The notes under the pieces are model-generated. The model worked only from the letters and a program-made list of their open reading frames with translations. It did no database searches and was not told the origin of the DNA. A DNA stretch of 63,186 nucleotides, the filler included, from Octopus bimaculoides (taxonomy: Eukaryota), in NCBI RefSeq assembly GCF_001194135.2. It is 5 parts of 4 records of this genome, joined end to end, with 100 filler letters (N's around TTAATTAATTAA, not from the genome) between each part and the next. Parts side by side here need not be neighbours in the genome. Positions count along the whole stretch, not along the records: positions 47,777 to 55,601 come from NC_068988.1; positions 55,702 to 63,186 come from NC_068982.1; 3 more parts are not named here. One strand, 5' to 3'. Made by a program: the position numbers and the translations under genes. Shown piece by piece: positions 50,507 to 63,186 of the stretch. The stretch's first letter is position 1; each line of letters starts with the position of its first letter.

Positions 50507-52335
50507 TTCGTTCTGCAATATTTCTGTTAATATATTTCATAAATAAAATGTATTCTGCAAATATGTATAGATTTGATAAGAAATTTAAAATATTTTCTTT
50601 CTCATTAGGTGCATTTAATTATTTTGTATTTTTAGGCGCTTCTTTCTGTATTAAACTACTTTTTATAGATAATACATCAACTGTTAGGCGCACATATATT
50701 TCGTACATTATTTTTCATGTGTTCGAATGTCGTCTCTAAAATAACACAAATGACGCCGTAAAATAGAGCATAATTGATGCTGCCTAATTAATCTATTGTA
50801 TATATATATGTTCATCGTCCTTATTATATGAAAGCCAACATTAATGATCTGCTATAAAATAAAACTATAAATATTATAAGATGTTTTGATCGCTTCTGAA
50901 TAGAAAAAGAAAAGCATTATGAGAACTTACTTCTATCTACTCAATGATCAATATATTAGTTTTTAAATAACTGCTTATTGATATAAGCTAAGTCAGTTTT
51001 CTTTGTCCTTAGCTGTAATATAGTAAATGACATTACAGTATATTAGAAGTTGTTTTGTTTTCATTGAAATATCAATAGAACCTGAATGAGATAGCTGTAG
51101 GAATCATCCTGAAATTTATGTAGAAATAAGATGAAATTAAATGATGATTATGTGTCAAGAAACACACCCATGCTTATATTATTTGTGAATATTTATTAAT
51201 CTCTATCAATTTTTATTCTCATACTCCATTTCGCATCCTCTCACCCTCTCCCTGCATATATATATATATATANNNNNNNNNNNNNNNNNNNNNNNNNNNN
51301 NNNNNNNNNNNNNNNNNNNNNNNNNNNNNNNNNNNNNNNNNNNNNNNNNNNNNNNNNNNNNNNNNNNNNNNNNNNNNNNNNNNNNNNNNNNNNNNNNNNN
51401 NNNNNNNNNNNNNNNNNNNNNNNNNNNNNNNNNNNNNNNNNNNNNNNNNNNNNNNNNNNNNNNNNNNNNNNNNNNNNNNNNNNNNNNNNNNNNNNNNNNN
51501 NNNNNNNNNNNNNNNNNNNNNNNNNNNNNNNNNNNNNNNNNNNNNNNNNNNNNNNNNNNNNNNNNNNNNNNNNNNNNNNNNNNNNNNNNNNNNNNNNNNN
51601 NNNNNNNNNNNNNNNNNNNNNNNNNNNNNNNNNNNNNNNNNNNNNNNNNNNNNNNNNNNNNNNNNNNNNNNNNNNNNNNNNNNNNNNNNNNNNNNNNNNN
51701 NNNNNNNNNNNNNNNNNNNNNNNNNNNNNNNNNNNNNNNNNNNNNNNNNNNNNNNNNNNNNNNNNNNNNNNNNNNNNNNNNNNNNNNNNNNNNNNNNNNN
51801 NNNNNNNNNNNNNNNNNNNNNNNNNNNNNNNNNNNNNNNNNNNNNNNNNNNNNNNNNNNNNNNNNNNNNNNNNNNNNNNNNNNNNNNNNNNNNNNNNNNN
51901 NNNNNNNNNNNNNNNNNNNNNNNNNNNNNNNNNNNNNNNNNNNNNNNNNNNNNNNNNNNNNNNNNNNNNNNNNNNNNNNNNNNNNNNNNNNNNNNNNNNN
52001 NNNNNNNNNNNNNNNNNNNNNNNNNNNNNNNNNNNNNNNNNNNNNNNNNNNNNNNNNNNNNNNNNNNNNNNNNNNNNNNNNNNNNNNNNNNNNNNNNNNN
52101 NNNNNNNNNNNNNNNNNNNNNNNNNNNNNNNNNNNNNNNNNNNNNNNNNNNNNNNNNNNNNNTATATATATATTGTTATGTCTCAAGCTATTGCTATCTA
52201 GCACTTTCGGATGATCTCTACTCAACCGCTACACAACTGCTCCTCGACTGCTACTCAACACTCCTACCACAGCCAGACGACCTCTATTTATATGTCTTGG
52301 AAGATCCTACTTCTTCGCCTGGGGGCGTCGACAAA

Positions 52336-52378
<43 letters not shown>

Positions 52379-52379
52379 C

Positions 52380-52410
<31 letters not shown>

Positions 52411-52489
52411 CAAATATATGAGAGAGAAATGGGGAGAGAATTTGTTGGTAGAAAAGAAAGATAATTTGATTGATAGCCATGTAGATAGT

Positions 52490-53150
52490 TACGAGATGGT
52501 ATTAAAGGGTTCCCAGACTAGTTTTTAGCTCGCCATCAGATGGCAGCACACGTTTGTACGCACATTGTGAGCTACCAGTGACGTTTGTAAGGCAGTTAGC
52601 TGAGTGACATCTCTATGTTTAATTTGCAAACTGTAAAATTTGAGTTATTCTGCTCACGTGGATGTTGTTGTCTGTGATTTTGTCATGGACAGGAATAAAG
52701 AGCCAACGTGAAATTTTGCTTTAAATATAGTAAGTCTGCTACAGCGACATTGAATATGCTTCGGCAAGCTTACGGCCCCGCGGCAATAGGTCGCACACAA
52801 TGTTTCGAATGACAATTGCGGAAGAACAGCCTTGGAAACAATGAACGATCTGGAAATCCTGTGACAAGCGTCCCCTCCAGAAATGTGGTATTGTGTACGG
52901 AGAATTCATCCTCCAAGGCCAAACAAACCCTCAGCCAAGAGTTCTACTGCGACGTTTTGAAGCCTTTGAGAGAGGATATTTGGCGAAAACAACCGGATCT
53001 GTGGAGCACAGAATTGGATTCTTCACGACAATACACCCTGTCACTGAGTGCTCCTTTCCTTACTAGTGAGTATCTTGACAAAGACATGGTATCGCTTCCA
53101 CGCCCGCCCTTTTCGCCAGGTTTAGCACCTGCGGATGGCAATCTGAAATA
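52490..53150 (+). mobile_element. mariner remnant
   Basis: QEFYCDVLK.LREDIWRKQPDLW and PPFSPGLAPAD (YSPDLAPxD motif); 5' TIR-like TACGAG start. Confidence 0.8.
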
Positions 53151-54813
53151 AATTCTCAGACAGTATGATATAGTCCTTAGAAGCTAAGAAAAACATATAT
53201 TCTTAATTTCTAAGCACAGGAGGCGTTAGTGCTTGTAATTAATGTCGTCGGCGCTTTGTGGACAGCTGAGTTAAAGCAGGAAACACGAATTGTAAAGCCA
53301 TTTGATGGCGCTGTCTCTGCGTCAGAGCCCAGAGTGGATCCTCGCAAAATTGAAAATCCTTTAAACTTGACCAATTACCAGGTACAGGTATGAAACCGAA
53401 TGATGGATAAAGTCTAGCAACCATGTGCAAATATGGTCAATTAGAAGGGCATCCATAATTTTTTAATAAAACCTAATTTGACCAATGGTTTTGGCATACA
53501 CCAATTTACCAATACCCCTCAAGAGATACATGTTTAAGAAATAATCTTTAGTAAACGGTTATAGATGAACTCATAGGCGTGTGAAATATTAATCCCACAA
53601 TATTAAAAATTATCACCAAAGACAGAATGTGATTTTAATCAAATTTTATTCATAAGTTGATTCAAAAGTTGTGAAAATACATGTCACAAATTTAATATGA
53701 TGCAGAAATACACTAGTCATTTAGAAGGAAGGATTTTGTCAGTTGACTAAATAATTAAATGTTTCTGTCTCATTCGTATGCTGTTGGTCTTTGCATTTTA
53801 TTTTCTTTCCTTTGTATTGATCATAACTTCANNNNNNNNNNNNNNNNNNNNNNNNNNNNNNNNNNNNNNNNNNNNNNNNNNNNNNNNNNNNNNNNNNNNN
53901 NNNNNNNNNNNNNNNNNNNNNNNNNNNNNNNNNNNNNNNNNNNNNNNNNNNNNNNNNNNNNNNNNNNNNNNNNNNNNNNNNNNNNNNNNNNNNNNNNNNN
54001 NNNNNNNNNNNNNNNNNNNNNNNNNNNNNNNNNNNNNNNNNNNNNNNNNNNNNNNNNNNNNNNNNNNNNNNNNNNNNNNNNNNNNNNNNNNNNNNNNNNN
54101 NNNNNNNNNNNNNNNNNNNNNNNNNNNNNNNNNNNNNNNNNNNNNNNNNNNNNNNNNNNNNNNNNNNNNNNNNNNNNNNNNTATATATATATATATTACA
54201 ATTACAGTTAGATGGGCCAATATAAATTTCTCTGTACTTATCCTAGGGTGTACCCTATTTTACGTTGTCTTTATTTGTCAACTGCAAATGAGTGAAAAGG
54301 ACTTCTAAAGTTCAAATGTCACATTCTACACATCCCAGAGCAAGTGAACGTCTCTGGCGTTTCGACAGAACTATCAGTTACAAATCGTCTACATTTTCTT
54401 CATATTGTGAATTGTATTTTGATTACATTTACTGCACTGTGATCATTTTCCTTTATGAGTAATCATGCCTACTCTGGGAAAGACTCTAAACTACATCTGT
54501 CAGCGGATTCCATCTCGGGCGTTGCAGAGCTTGGGGAAGTGTGAGGCTACTCGTTAGGTGCTACTAGTCTTGGGTTTGCCCTTGAATGGAATGAAACATC
54601 GTACCTATCAAGGTCTATTACCTCAGTAATGTATCAAATAGTAGTAGTCATTTTGTTGCTATAAGACACCGTCACAGGCTCACTTATATTTGGACACAGT
54701 TACTGTCACGTGAACTAGCTTCTCAACATAAATTTACATAGTCTCTATGCTTTAGTATAAAGTTCGCTGGTGACTCTCATAGATTAAGTGACAGTAAATC
54801 AACACGAACTCAC

Positions 54814-54887
54814 AGCTGTATCTTTGCCAGGAAAAAGAAAACAGTAAATCTTTAAACTTTGGCATGAAGTTTCGTAAACGCGGACAC
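54814..54887 (-). other. Candidate 74-nt exon of an unassigned gene
   Basis: CCTTCAG acceptor and CT|GTGAGT donor, with two open frames (GVRVYETS...KDTA or MPKFKDLLFSFSWQRYS). Confidence 0.3.
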
Positions 54888-55263
54888 CTGAAGGTAGTGC
54901 ACAGGAGAAGACAAATAGATTAAATATGCGTCTATGCGCTTATCAGAGAAGAAAGCAAAAATGCGTGGTCAATGATGTGTGTATTTGATTAATCTTTTTG
55001 ATGAACGAATGCACATGTCCTCATTGGCGGAATATTGCACTGATAAACATTAGAACGAAACGATTGCGCAATAATTAGAACGGAAATATTGAATAAATAT
55101 CCGTTTAAAGTTACAAAAAGTTACATATTGCAATTCTGAGCAGTCACAAAATATTTCTCGCGCTTGGTATCTCAGACAATGTTGTAATAACACATGATGG
55201 TGGTCGTTAAGCAACTAGCAATCTAGAGAAAAGAAAAAATGTGTTAGAAAAGCAATAATGTTT

Positions 55264-55322
<59 letters not shown>

Positions 55323-55424
55323 TAGGTGGACCCGTGAAAAAATTCAAGGAAAATATATTAAAAATGTAAGCATCTGTAAATTGTGAGCTGGTTTCATGAG
55401 AAATGTTTCTATATTATGACAGTT

Positions 55425-55601
55425 AAAGACGGCGAGCTGACAGAAACGTTAGCACACCGGGCGAAATGCTTAGCGGTGTTTCATCTGCTGTTACGTTCTG
55501 AGTTCAAATTCCGCCGAGGTTGACTTTGCCTTTCATCCTTTCGGGGTTGATAAATTAAGTACCAGTTACGCACTGGGGTCGATATAATCGACTTAATTCC
55601 T
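55425..55601 (+). mobile_element. tRNA-derived SINE, possibly MetaSINE type
   Basis: A/B-box head (GAGTTCAAATTCC) followed by GCCTTTCATCCTTTCGGGGTTGATAAATTAAGTACCAG. A decayed relative lies at about 44225-44370 on minus. Confidence 0.6.
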
Positions 55602-55934
55602 NNNNNNNNNNNNNNNNNNNNNNNNNNNNNNNNNNNNNNNNNNNNTTAATTAATTAANNNNNNNNNNNNNNNNNNNNNNNNNNNNNNNNNNNNNNNNNNN
55701 NCACACACAAACACACACACACACACAACGGGCTGCTTTCAGTTTCCATCTACGAAATCTACTCACAAGGATTTGGTCACCCCCAAGGCCATGTGGTTGG
55801 AAAGCAAGCTTCTTACCACAGAGCCACATATATGAAAAAAATATATAGTTCTATGTCTTAGTATGTTTGTCTTTGTGCATAAATATATAGATACTACGAC
55901 CCTCGTCCTTGGAGCAAAATGAGAGAATATGCTT

Positions 55935-55969
<35 letters not shown>

Positions 55970-55972
<3 letters not shown>

Positions 55973-56350
55973 AAGATCCTAGAGGGACTGTCACTGAACG
56001 TTGGTGTCGAGATATCCCAGAACGGGTTATCAAAGGTCCCATCTACCTTGTCTAGAGTAAGGACCAGGTTCTGCAACAGCTTTGGATTCAAAGCCCCACA
56101 GCTATGTAATATCTTGCCATAAAACCTGAGAGATTTACAGTGCGTGGGGGTAGATGTTATCAAGAAGCACCTTGACCTTCTGCTCTCGAAGATCCCAAAT
56201 GAGCCTGTCATGGCAATAAGCTCAAACGTACGCATCTATATCAAGCTTACTTACCAAAAAGCCAACTACACAAGAGTGGCAGTTGAAAGGTGATGATACT
56301 GGCGTTTCCCCAGCATGGCCATAAACATTAGGCTGAAACGCATGAGATCG
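55970..56350 (+). mobile_element. CR1-like LINE 3' end
   Basis: FGFKAPQLCNILP..LRDL.CVGVDVIKKHLDLLLSKIPNEP C-terminal LINE motif and a GGCTGAAACG tail. Confidence 0.75.
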
Positions 56351-56624
56351 TATGAGAGTGAATGTATGAGTATCGGAAAGTATTCAACAGTAGTATAGGA
56401 TGAAGCCGGTCGAAATGGTAAACACAGTTAAATTGCAGAAGAAACTCCGAGAATGATCGACTTGTATATAAACATACTGACGGATGTTCGCATGCATACT
56501 CGTACACGCGCATGAACATACACGCATATATATATATATATATTTATTTATTTATTTATGGGTTTCAGCCAAGTGGCTGCGGTCATGCTGGTGCACATGT
56601 ATGTATGGATGTATGTGTGTGTGT

Positions 56625-56663
<39 letters not shown>

Positions 56664-57536
56664 CTATATTTTGCAATCTATTTTCTACTAATATATTTAT
56701 GATACAAACTTTACATATTTTTCTTGTTTAGAGGTTTATGCATGATAGGAAAAAGAAAAAAGACACACAACCGCTCTCATTTTCTCCCCTCTACACTTGC
56801 ATGAATACATGCATAATATATATACATAAATATATACATATATATGTATACATATATATATATATGCATACATATATGTTTGTGTGTGTGTGTATGTGTG
56901 TGTATGTGTGTGTATATGTATATGTACTTATATACACACATGAAACAGAATTTACATAAGAGCAAGAGAAACAAGTATGTATGTACTATAGGTATGCGGG
57001 ATGATACAAACATATTTCATTCAGCAGCTTTTCACATCTACACAGTTTTATATATATATATATACATATATATAATCACAGCTTTCGTATGAATTGGTGT
57101 ACAGCAAAGGGATAAGAAATATAATTGAACTTGTACGTCAACGTTAGAACATTTATTGGAACTGTTTTAAATGAATTAAGATGAACGTTTGTTAACAGTG
57201 TAGAAGTACTTCTCAAATGAATGAAACTACTTGTCTGTTGTACATCCAATTAATAGACTAATAGATGAAATAACTACCGTAATAACTTTATAACTATGTA
57301 ACAAGTATTTTCAATTAATAAGAATGTGTGCAAATCAATGTACATATGGTTGGCTACAAATTAAAAGATTTAACGAAAATAAAAATTTAAGCATCGTTAT
57401 CTATTATTATACAGTTGTCAAAAATAAGCTTGAGAGATAAATAAATGATTTGCATGTTAAAACATTAAAAAAATATAATGAAAAACAGAAAAAAAGACTA
57501 TATTTTAAAATTGTAGATTTTTGACATGTTACTTAC

Positions 57537-57657
57537 CTTCAAGAAATTTAGTTCGTGTAATCATATTGTTAATGACAGGCCTCGGTCCAGGACTTGGAGG
57601 TCCGTTTGTTGGAAAGGCTTTTCCACAGCCAGTCGCAACTGCTAATTCAGATGTCAT
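57537..57657 (-). CDS. Candidate initial coding exon MTSELAVATGCGKAFPTNGPPSPGPRPVINNMITRTKFLE, gene unassigned (HES or srGAP)
   Basis: GC-richer island in AT-rich DNA, upstream in-frame stop, and a perfect donor AAG|GTAAGT at phase 1. Possible upstream acceptor at 58469 (TTCATCTTAG|G). Confidence 0.55.
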
Positions 57658-57813
57658 CGTCTTGAAATCCTTCCAATTGTGCAAATGTTTAGAAATATTT
57701 CATTTATTCTTTAACAGTACTTTTATTGTACTGCTCTTGGTATAGATTTCTCATTGAGTTATGTGTATGTATGTATTTATATATATGTATACATATATAT
57801 ATATGTGTGTATG

Positions 57814-57856
<43 letters not shown>

Positions 57857-59176
57857 ATATATATATCTGTGTAGGGGTGTATATATCTACATATATATAT
57901 ACATATATATATTAATTTACATATATAATTATGTATCAATATACGTGTGTATTTGTGCGTGTGAGTGTGTTTCGTGTGCGTTATTTGCAACTTTTGTTAA
58001 AATTTGTTATCAATTTACATTTCTTTCCTTTATATTTTTGTTTGCTGATGTATAAAATGTTCCTTTATGGATATAATAACGGATGCAGCATGTGTAGTTG
58101 TAGATGGAATGATGAAATAGGAAGATGAAGAGGATGAGGGCGTTGAAGTGGCTTAGACTTTGATATACTGCTGCAAGCAGAAGCTGACAACCGTTATCAA
58201 TTGAATCCGTGTTGACATTGGCCTGTTGGTAGCAGTGTCGGCCGATAACACACAGTCCTGATGTTCAATGCAGTAAGGTTGTTCTTCCTATCGTATATCG
58301 TATTCTTACTTGTTGTTGTTGTTGTTGTTGTTGTAGCTAGTCTGTTTTTTCTTCTTTTACATTTATTTCTTCTTATTTACTCTTCAGTGTTGGAAACGAA
58401 ACTGTGTAGTCTGATTTTTTTTTTGAGAGTTTGTATTGCTTTTAACATATATATTCAGTAATGACAACCTAAGATGAATTAAAATAATACAGAGAGCATG
58501 ATATTTTCTTCTTTTTCTCTCTGCCTTATTATTATTATTATTATTAATCGTATTATTATTATTATTAGTGGTAAGAGTGGTGGTAGCAGTGGTATCCTAT
58601 ATGTATGTGTTTATACATATGATAATATATATGTATATATGTATATACATATGTGTGGTATTTATTTATTTATATGGATATATCTTTTACTTTATGTTGT
58701 GGTATGATGACACATACGCAAATATATTCATATATATATAGAGAGAGAGGGGGGGGGGCTATTTTGGTTTGTGTGTCTGAATGTACGCATGTATCCACGT
58801 GAATGCATGCGTATACATGAGAGTCGCATGTATGTCAATCTGTAAATGTGTGTACAATTTTATATGAGTAAATGCATGTACAACTCACCTTGTGTGACTC
58901 TGCACGTGCAGATAGGAACGTGTAGGAATAAGATGCGTTTTTGTATCGTGTAACTCAGCGCGCGCACGCGCTCGCGCGTGTGTGTTTGCATACCACTGCA
59001 TGTTTCTGCAAGAAATTTGGAGAGAATTATTCTTAATGACAATACAAAGAAAACGAAGTACATTTGACCAACATACATACTAATTGGCATTAATTTATTG
59101 TTCATTGTAAATTTATGCATTCAATCTTCAAACATATACACATACGCATGTATGTATGTTTAAACAAGTGTATGTG

Positions 59177-59221
<45 letters not shown>

Positions 59222-59510
59222 AAACTCCGGAGTTTTAATGGTGGCAGCTGATGAAGGGGATGTTTCTATGTGTCCTGCTTGTTTGTTGCACCTTGTTTAC
59301 CATTTTGCCCATGTTATTTTGCCACGTCATGTACCCAGTTATGTATCTATATGTACATGTAGATGAACGTATATACATACACGTACATATATATGCATAT
59401 ACTCATATATTGTTTATATATATATACACATACACACAGAATATACAAATTGATTTCACTCGTCTATATTATAAATATGAGTACATTTTATTCTGTTAGA
59501 AAACATAATG

Positions 59511-59565
<55 letters not shown>

Positions 59566-60071
59566 ATACTAATATTACATTTATATTTAGATTACGTCGC
59601 CAGAATCTCTCATAACAACATCGTCATAGTACACAAGAATTCGTTTAAGTTAATTCCTTATTATTTGCAGATGCGTTGTCAAAGATAACAGTAAATCCGT
59701 AGCAAGCGTATATCCCCCTCGCTTTGTTGTTTTTATTAAATAACCTTGTCTTGTACAGTTATACACAAGTATCACCAAACTAACTCTACTCATCTCTCTC
59801 TCTCTCTCTCTTACTTTCTCGGTCTTTTTTTGCGTATATGCATGTATATTTATGTGTGGGAGAGTTGTATAATTTATCTACAAAATATAGACGAGCTCAA
59901 TACACAATTTTATGAGTAGTTAGTACATATCAATAAATATATGTTCATTTATATTTGAGGCACTCGCTTAAAATACGAATAAACAATTGACAAGTTGAAC
60001 GAAACCTTGGTTCGGTGTGTGGTGCTAAGTATCTTAGATATGAATAAACAAATACACGCACATACATATCC

Positions 60072-60135
<64 letters not shown>

Positions 60136-60505
60136 GTCTATCTGTCTGTCTGTATATACACAGTTACATAAGTATACATACACTATAAATATAGTAACGT
60201 GCATACATGCAGACACTCATATATAATATTTGTCATTATATTCGTTAAATAAGCATTTACTTATACGTGCTCATGTTTTATCACCGGTATAATATATTTA
60301 CAGCATTTCTATTTTACTTGTCACTGCCCTGAATGTAATTAGTCATATCATTTAATTCTGGTGTAAATAATAAAGAATCAAGACAGATTATTTATTAAAG
60401 ATATACATATGCAAATGAATGCATGTCAAGTGATAAACATAATCATACATACACACGCCCACACACAAATATTAGGGGGATACATACATATATATACACA
60501 CACGC

Positions 60506-60552
<47 letters not shown>

Positions 60553-60681
60553 CACACACACATCAATATGTATCTATACGAGCTATGAAATATTTACATC
60601 AATGTACTTTTTAGTGTTATTCATTACCGTTGTATTAGCGTAACGTTTGTTTATTTCTCCATTAACAGACGAAAAACTTAC

Positions 60682-61158
60682 CTTTATATGTTGAATAATT
60701 CACGATTCGATGGTAAATGTATTGATTCCTTTTTTGTAAATATAGTCTTTGTTGTCGGTTTACGGGGTCAATTGTACTTTTTTTCTCTGTTTACACTCCG
60801 CCTTTTGATCCATTTTCAGTATAAATCCTTTCTGTTTGTTTTCTCCTGGTATAATAAGTTTTGTAATTATTGCAGATATCATCACCGTTGTTTTCTCTTG
60901 TTATTATTTGCTTTGTCATTTTTTTAATATCTGGAAAATGTTAGGCCATTCTATTTTATTTTTTTTCCTTTTCTTTTAATAAATTATCGATTCTTCCACG
61001 CTGCGAGAATTTCGATATATTATTTCTATATTGTGTTTTTTCGGAAAGTGATTGATTTAGTCGCTGTCTGTTTGCAGTAGCCCCTCGCTTTTTCACACAC
61101 ATACACGCACACATCCACACACATGACTGTGCTGTGTCACCCAACACGACTGGCAACT
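60682..61158 (-). other. Candidate non-coding first exon with Inr-like start
   Basis: Perfect donor AAG|GTAAGT at 60681, A-rich leader, and TCAGTT initiator-like motif at 61160-61155 inside a CpG-enriched patch (61080-61300). Confidence 0.45.
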
Positions 61159-62824
61159 GACGCGGCCTTCGTTAAGAGTGGACCAGCGAACGCTGATCGT
61201 GAGCAAACTGCTTTGTAAGAAAGAGGGCGCCACTAAAGCAGACGCTATAAATGCTCTCTTTTTAGAAAAAATGAGCTCCTAATCAGCTTTTCTTCGTCGT
61301 CCTTCGTTTCTGTTTCATATTTAGCCATGCTTTCTTTCAGTCAGTACATAACGACTGTTGTACCGTACAAGTTTCCCTTTTCTTTCAGGGGGGAACAAAC
61401 AAAAATAAGTCGTGTGTGTGTGTGAATATTGGTGTATCTGTGTGGATATGCGTATATGTGCAGGATGTTGAATTGCCGACGGTAGTAGGAGTAGCGGTAG
61501 GAAATTGTGAAGGCAGCAGCGGCAGGAGTAGTGGGAGTAGTGCTAAGCTCTGCTAGAGCACTGACAATAACAAGAGTGTGCTACACGAAAAGTGATGGGG
61601 GTGGGGTGTAAAATAATTATTACGGATGCCTAACTGGACCTGTTCATCAGAATATACTTTGAATGTATCTTAGTCCAGTTTCTGGAGAGAGGCTGGCCAT
61701 GGTGAATTGTTGAATACCTTTTCTTTTTTCTTTCTTTCTTTCTTTTTACTTTCCCTCTCTATTTTTCACTATTTCTCTCTTTTTTCTTCTATATTTGACT
61801 CAAGCTATTTTACTTTCTTACACAAGGAAAAAATCGTATTCATACAGCTCCATAAATCTATATTACAGTAATAAATATAAAAAAAGAATGATTAATAAAG
61901 TAAATAAATTTGTGCAATATAACTTTTTCAGCTTTATCTCTGTATACACTTTCCGTGGCGATGTAATTAGAAAGAAAGTGAAATTTAAGGAACAAATTAA
62001 AGGTAAAAAATGAACTTAAGGTATGAAAAAATTCTACATTTTACAAATTTCGAATTTGTTTTTAAAAATGGATATTGAAATATATAGCATTATATATTTA
62101 TCTAAATAATAAAGTATATAGATGATTTGTTAAATGTTATTTGTTAATTGCTTAAAATAAATTGCCTTTATTTATCATTTCGATAATTTTTGTTTCCAGA
62201 TTCATTTTAATATTCAAAATTGTTTATATATCTTTTGAAAAAAAATAATTCTAAATTCTTATCTCATTTATCCAATAATTCTCAGTTCAATGAAATCAAT
62301 CCAATTCCTGTATTCCCTGAAGATATTGATTTCTATACAAATGTTTTACTCTCTCTCTATCAAGTATTATTCTCATATATTTCATTCATTTTACCTGGTT
62401 TATGGTATTAAGTAGAACATATTCGAAAGACCTATTCAGACCCTTAATCCGTTTATAATTCATCATGTACCTGTACGTAGAAAGTAAATCCATCGAATAA
62501 ATAATGAAATCCGTATCTAATAAACAGTCAGACATATAGTTGTGTAGATACGTGTATATATATATATATATATACACTGTTGTGGTTACACTTGTTGTTT
62601 AGTTCTAGATCAACATTAATTGAGCACAAAAACAAGATGAAATTCATTCCCGATATGGTTATACTCTCTTTTATTCAGATATAGTGCGTAAAAGACACCA
62701 TTTCAAAATATACATTTCCTTTTATAATTGTAAAAATAAGGTGTGAGATAATTGACTACCATTATTAGCAGGCCGAGAAAATGCAGAGAAGCTCTTCTCT
62801 ATGCATATATAAATATATATATAT

Positions 62825-62863
<39 letters not shown>

Positions 62864-62964
62864 ATGTATATATGTATGTATGTCTGTTAGTATGTATGTA
62901 TGTATGTATGTATGTATGTATGTATGTATGTGTGTATGTGCGTGTGACTGTGTTTCTCCCCACA

Positions 62965-63150
62965 CAATTGCTTGACACCCAATGTTGGTGCTTTTACGTC
63001 CCCGTAACCAAGTGGTTCGGCAAATGAAACCGATGGAATAAGTACTAGGCTTACAAGGAATAAGTTCTGGGGTCGATTTGTTCGACTAAAGGCGGTGCTC
63101 CAGCATGGCCGCAGTCAAATGACTGAAACAAATAAAAGAATAAAAAAGAA
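62965..63150 (+). mobile_element. tRNA-SINE family 3' module
   Basis: Reverse complement of the 32997-33170 module (...GGCGGTGCTCCAGCATGGCCGCAGTCAAATGACTGAAAC). Confidence 0.8.
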
Positions 63151-63186
63151 TATATATGTATATGTATATGTGCGTGTGTGTATATA

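Noticed and set aside
30098-54308. Long ORFs of 140-400 aa in the track made of X, YI, HT and LS runs
   Set aside because: Artefacts of N gaps and dinucleotide repeats.

Overview
AT-rich, microsatellite- and transposon-dense eukaryotic genomic DNA with many N gaps. The repeat families and (TA/CA/GATA/TAA)n load suggest an octopus (inference). All recognisable genes are on the minus strand. (1) One srGAP F-BAR exon (2927-3092). (2) A hairy/HES bHLH-Orange gene with three coding exons (30045-30140, 27390-27477, 24465-25636); its first exon is not securely located and the protein ends WRPWAY instead of WRPW. (3) A 341-codon exon of a probable gustatory-receptor-like (GRL/7TMIC) membrane protein (49484-50506). 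(4) Orphan 5' exons at 42.3, 54.8, 57.5 and 60.7-61.2 kb. The rest is RTE, CR1-like, R4/Dong-like, Penelope-like, copia, Tc1/mariner/maT and hAT remnants plus tRNA-derived SINEs. The most novel-looking signal is a tRNA-headed SINE carrying a minimal type I hammerhead ribozyme fold (most intact copy at 17474-17519), with a second unrelated repeat family carrying a similar fold. Four 100-bp artificial linkers (N44-TTAATTAATTAA-N44) split the window into five pieces, so long-range gene order, including the apparent nesting of HES and GRL inside srGAP, is unproven.
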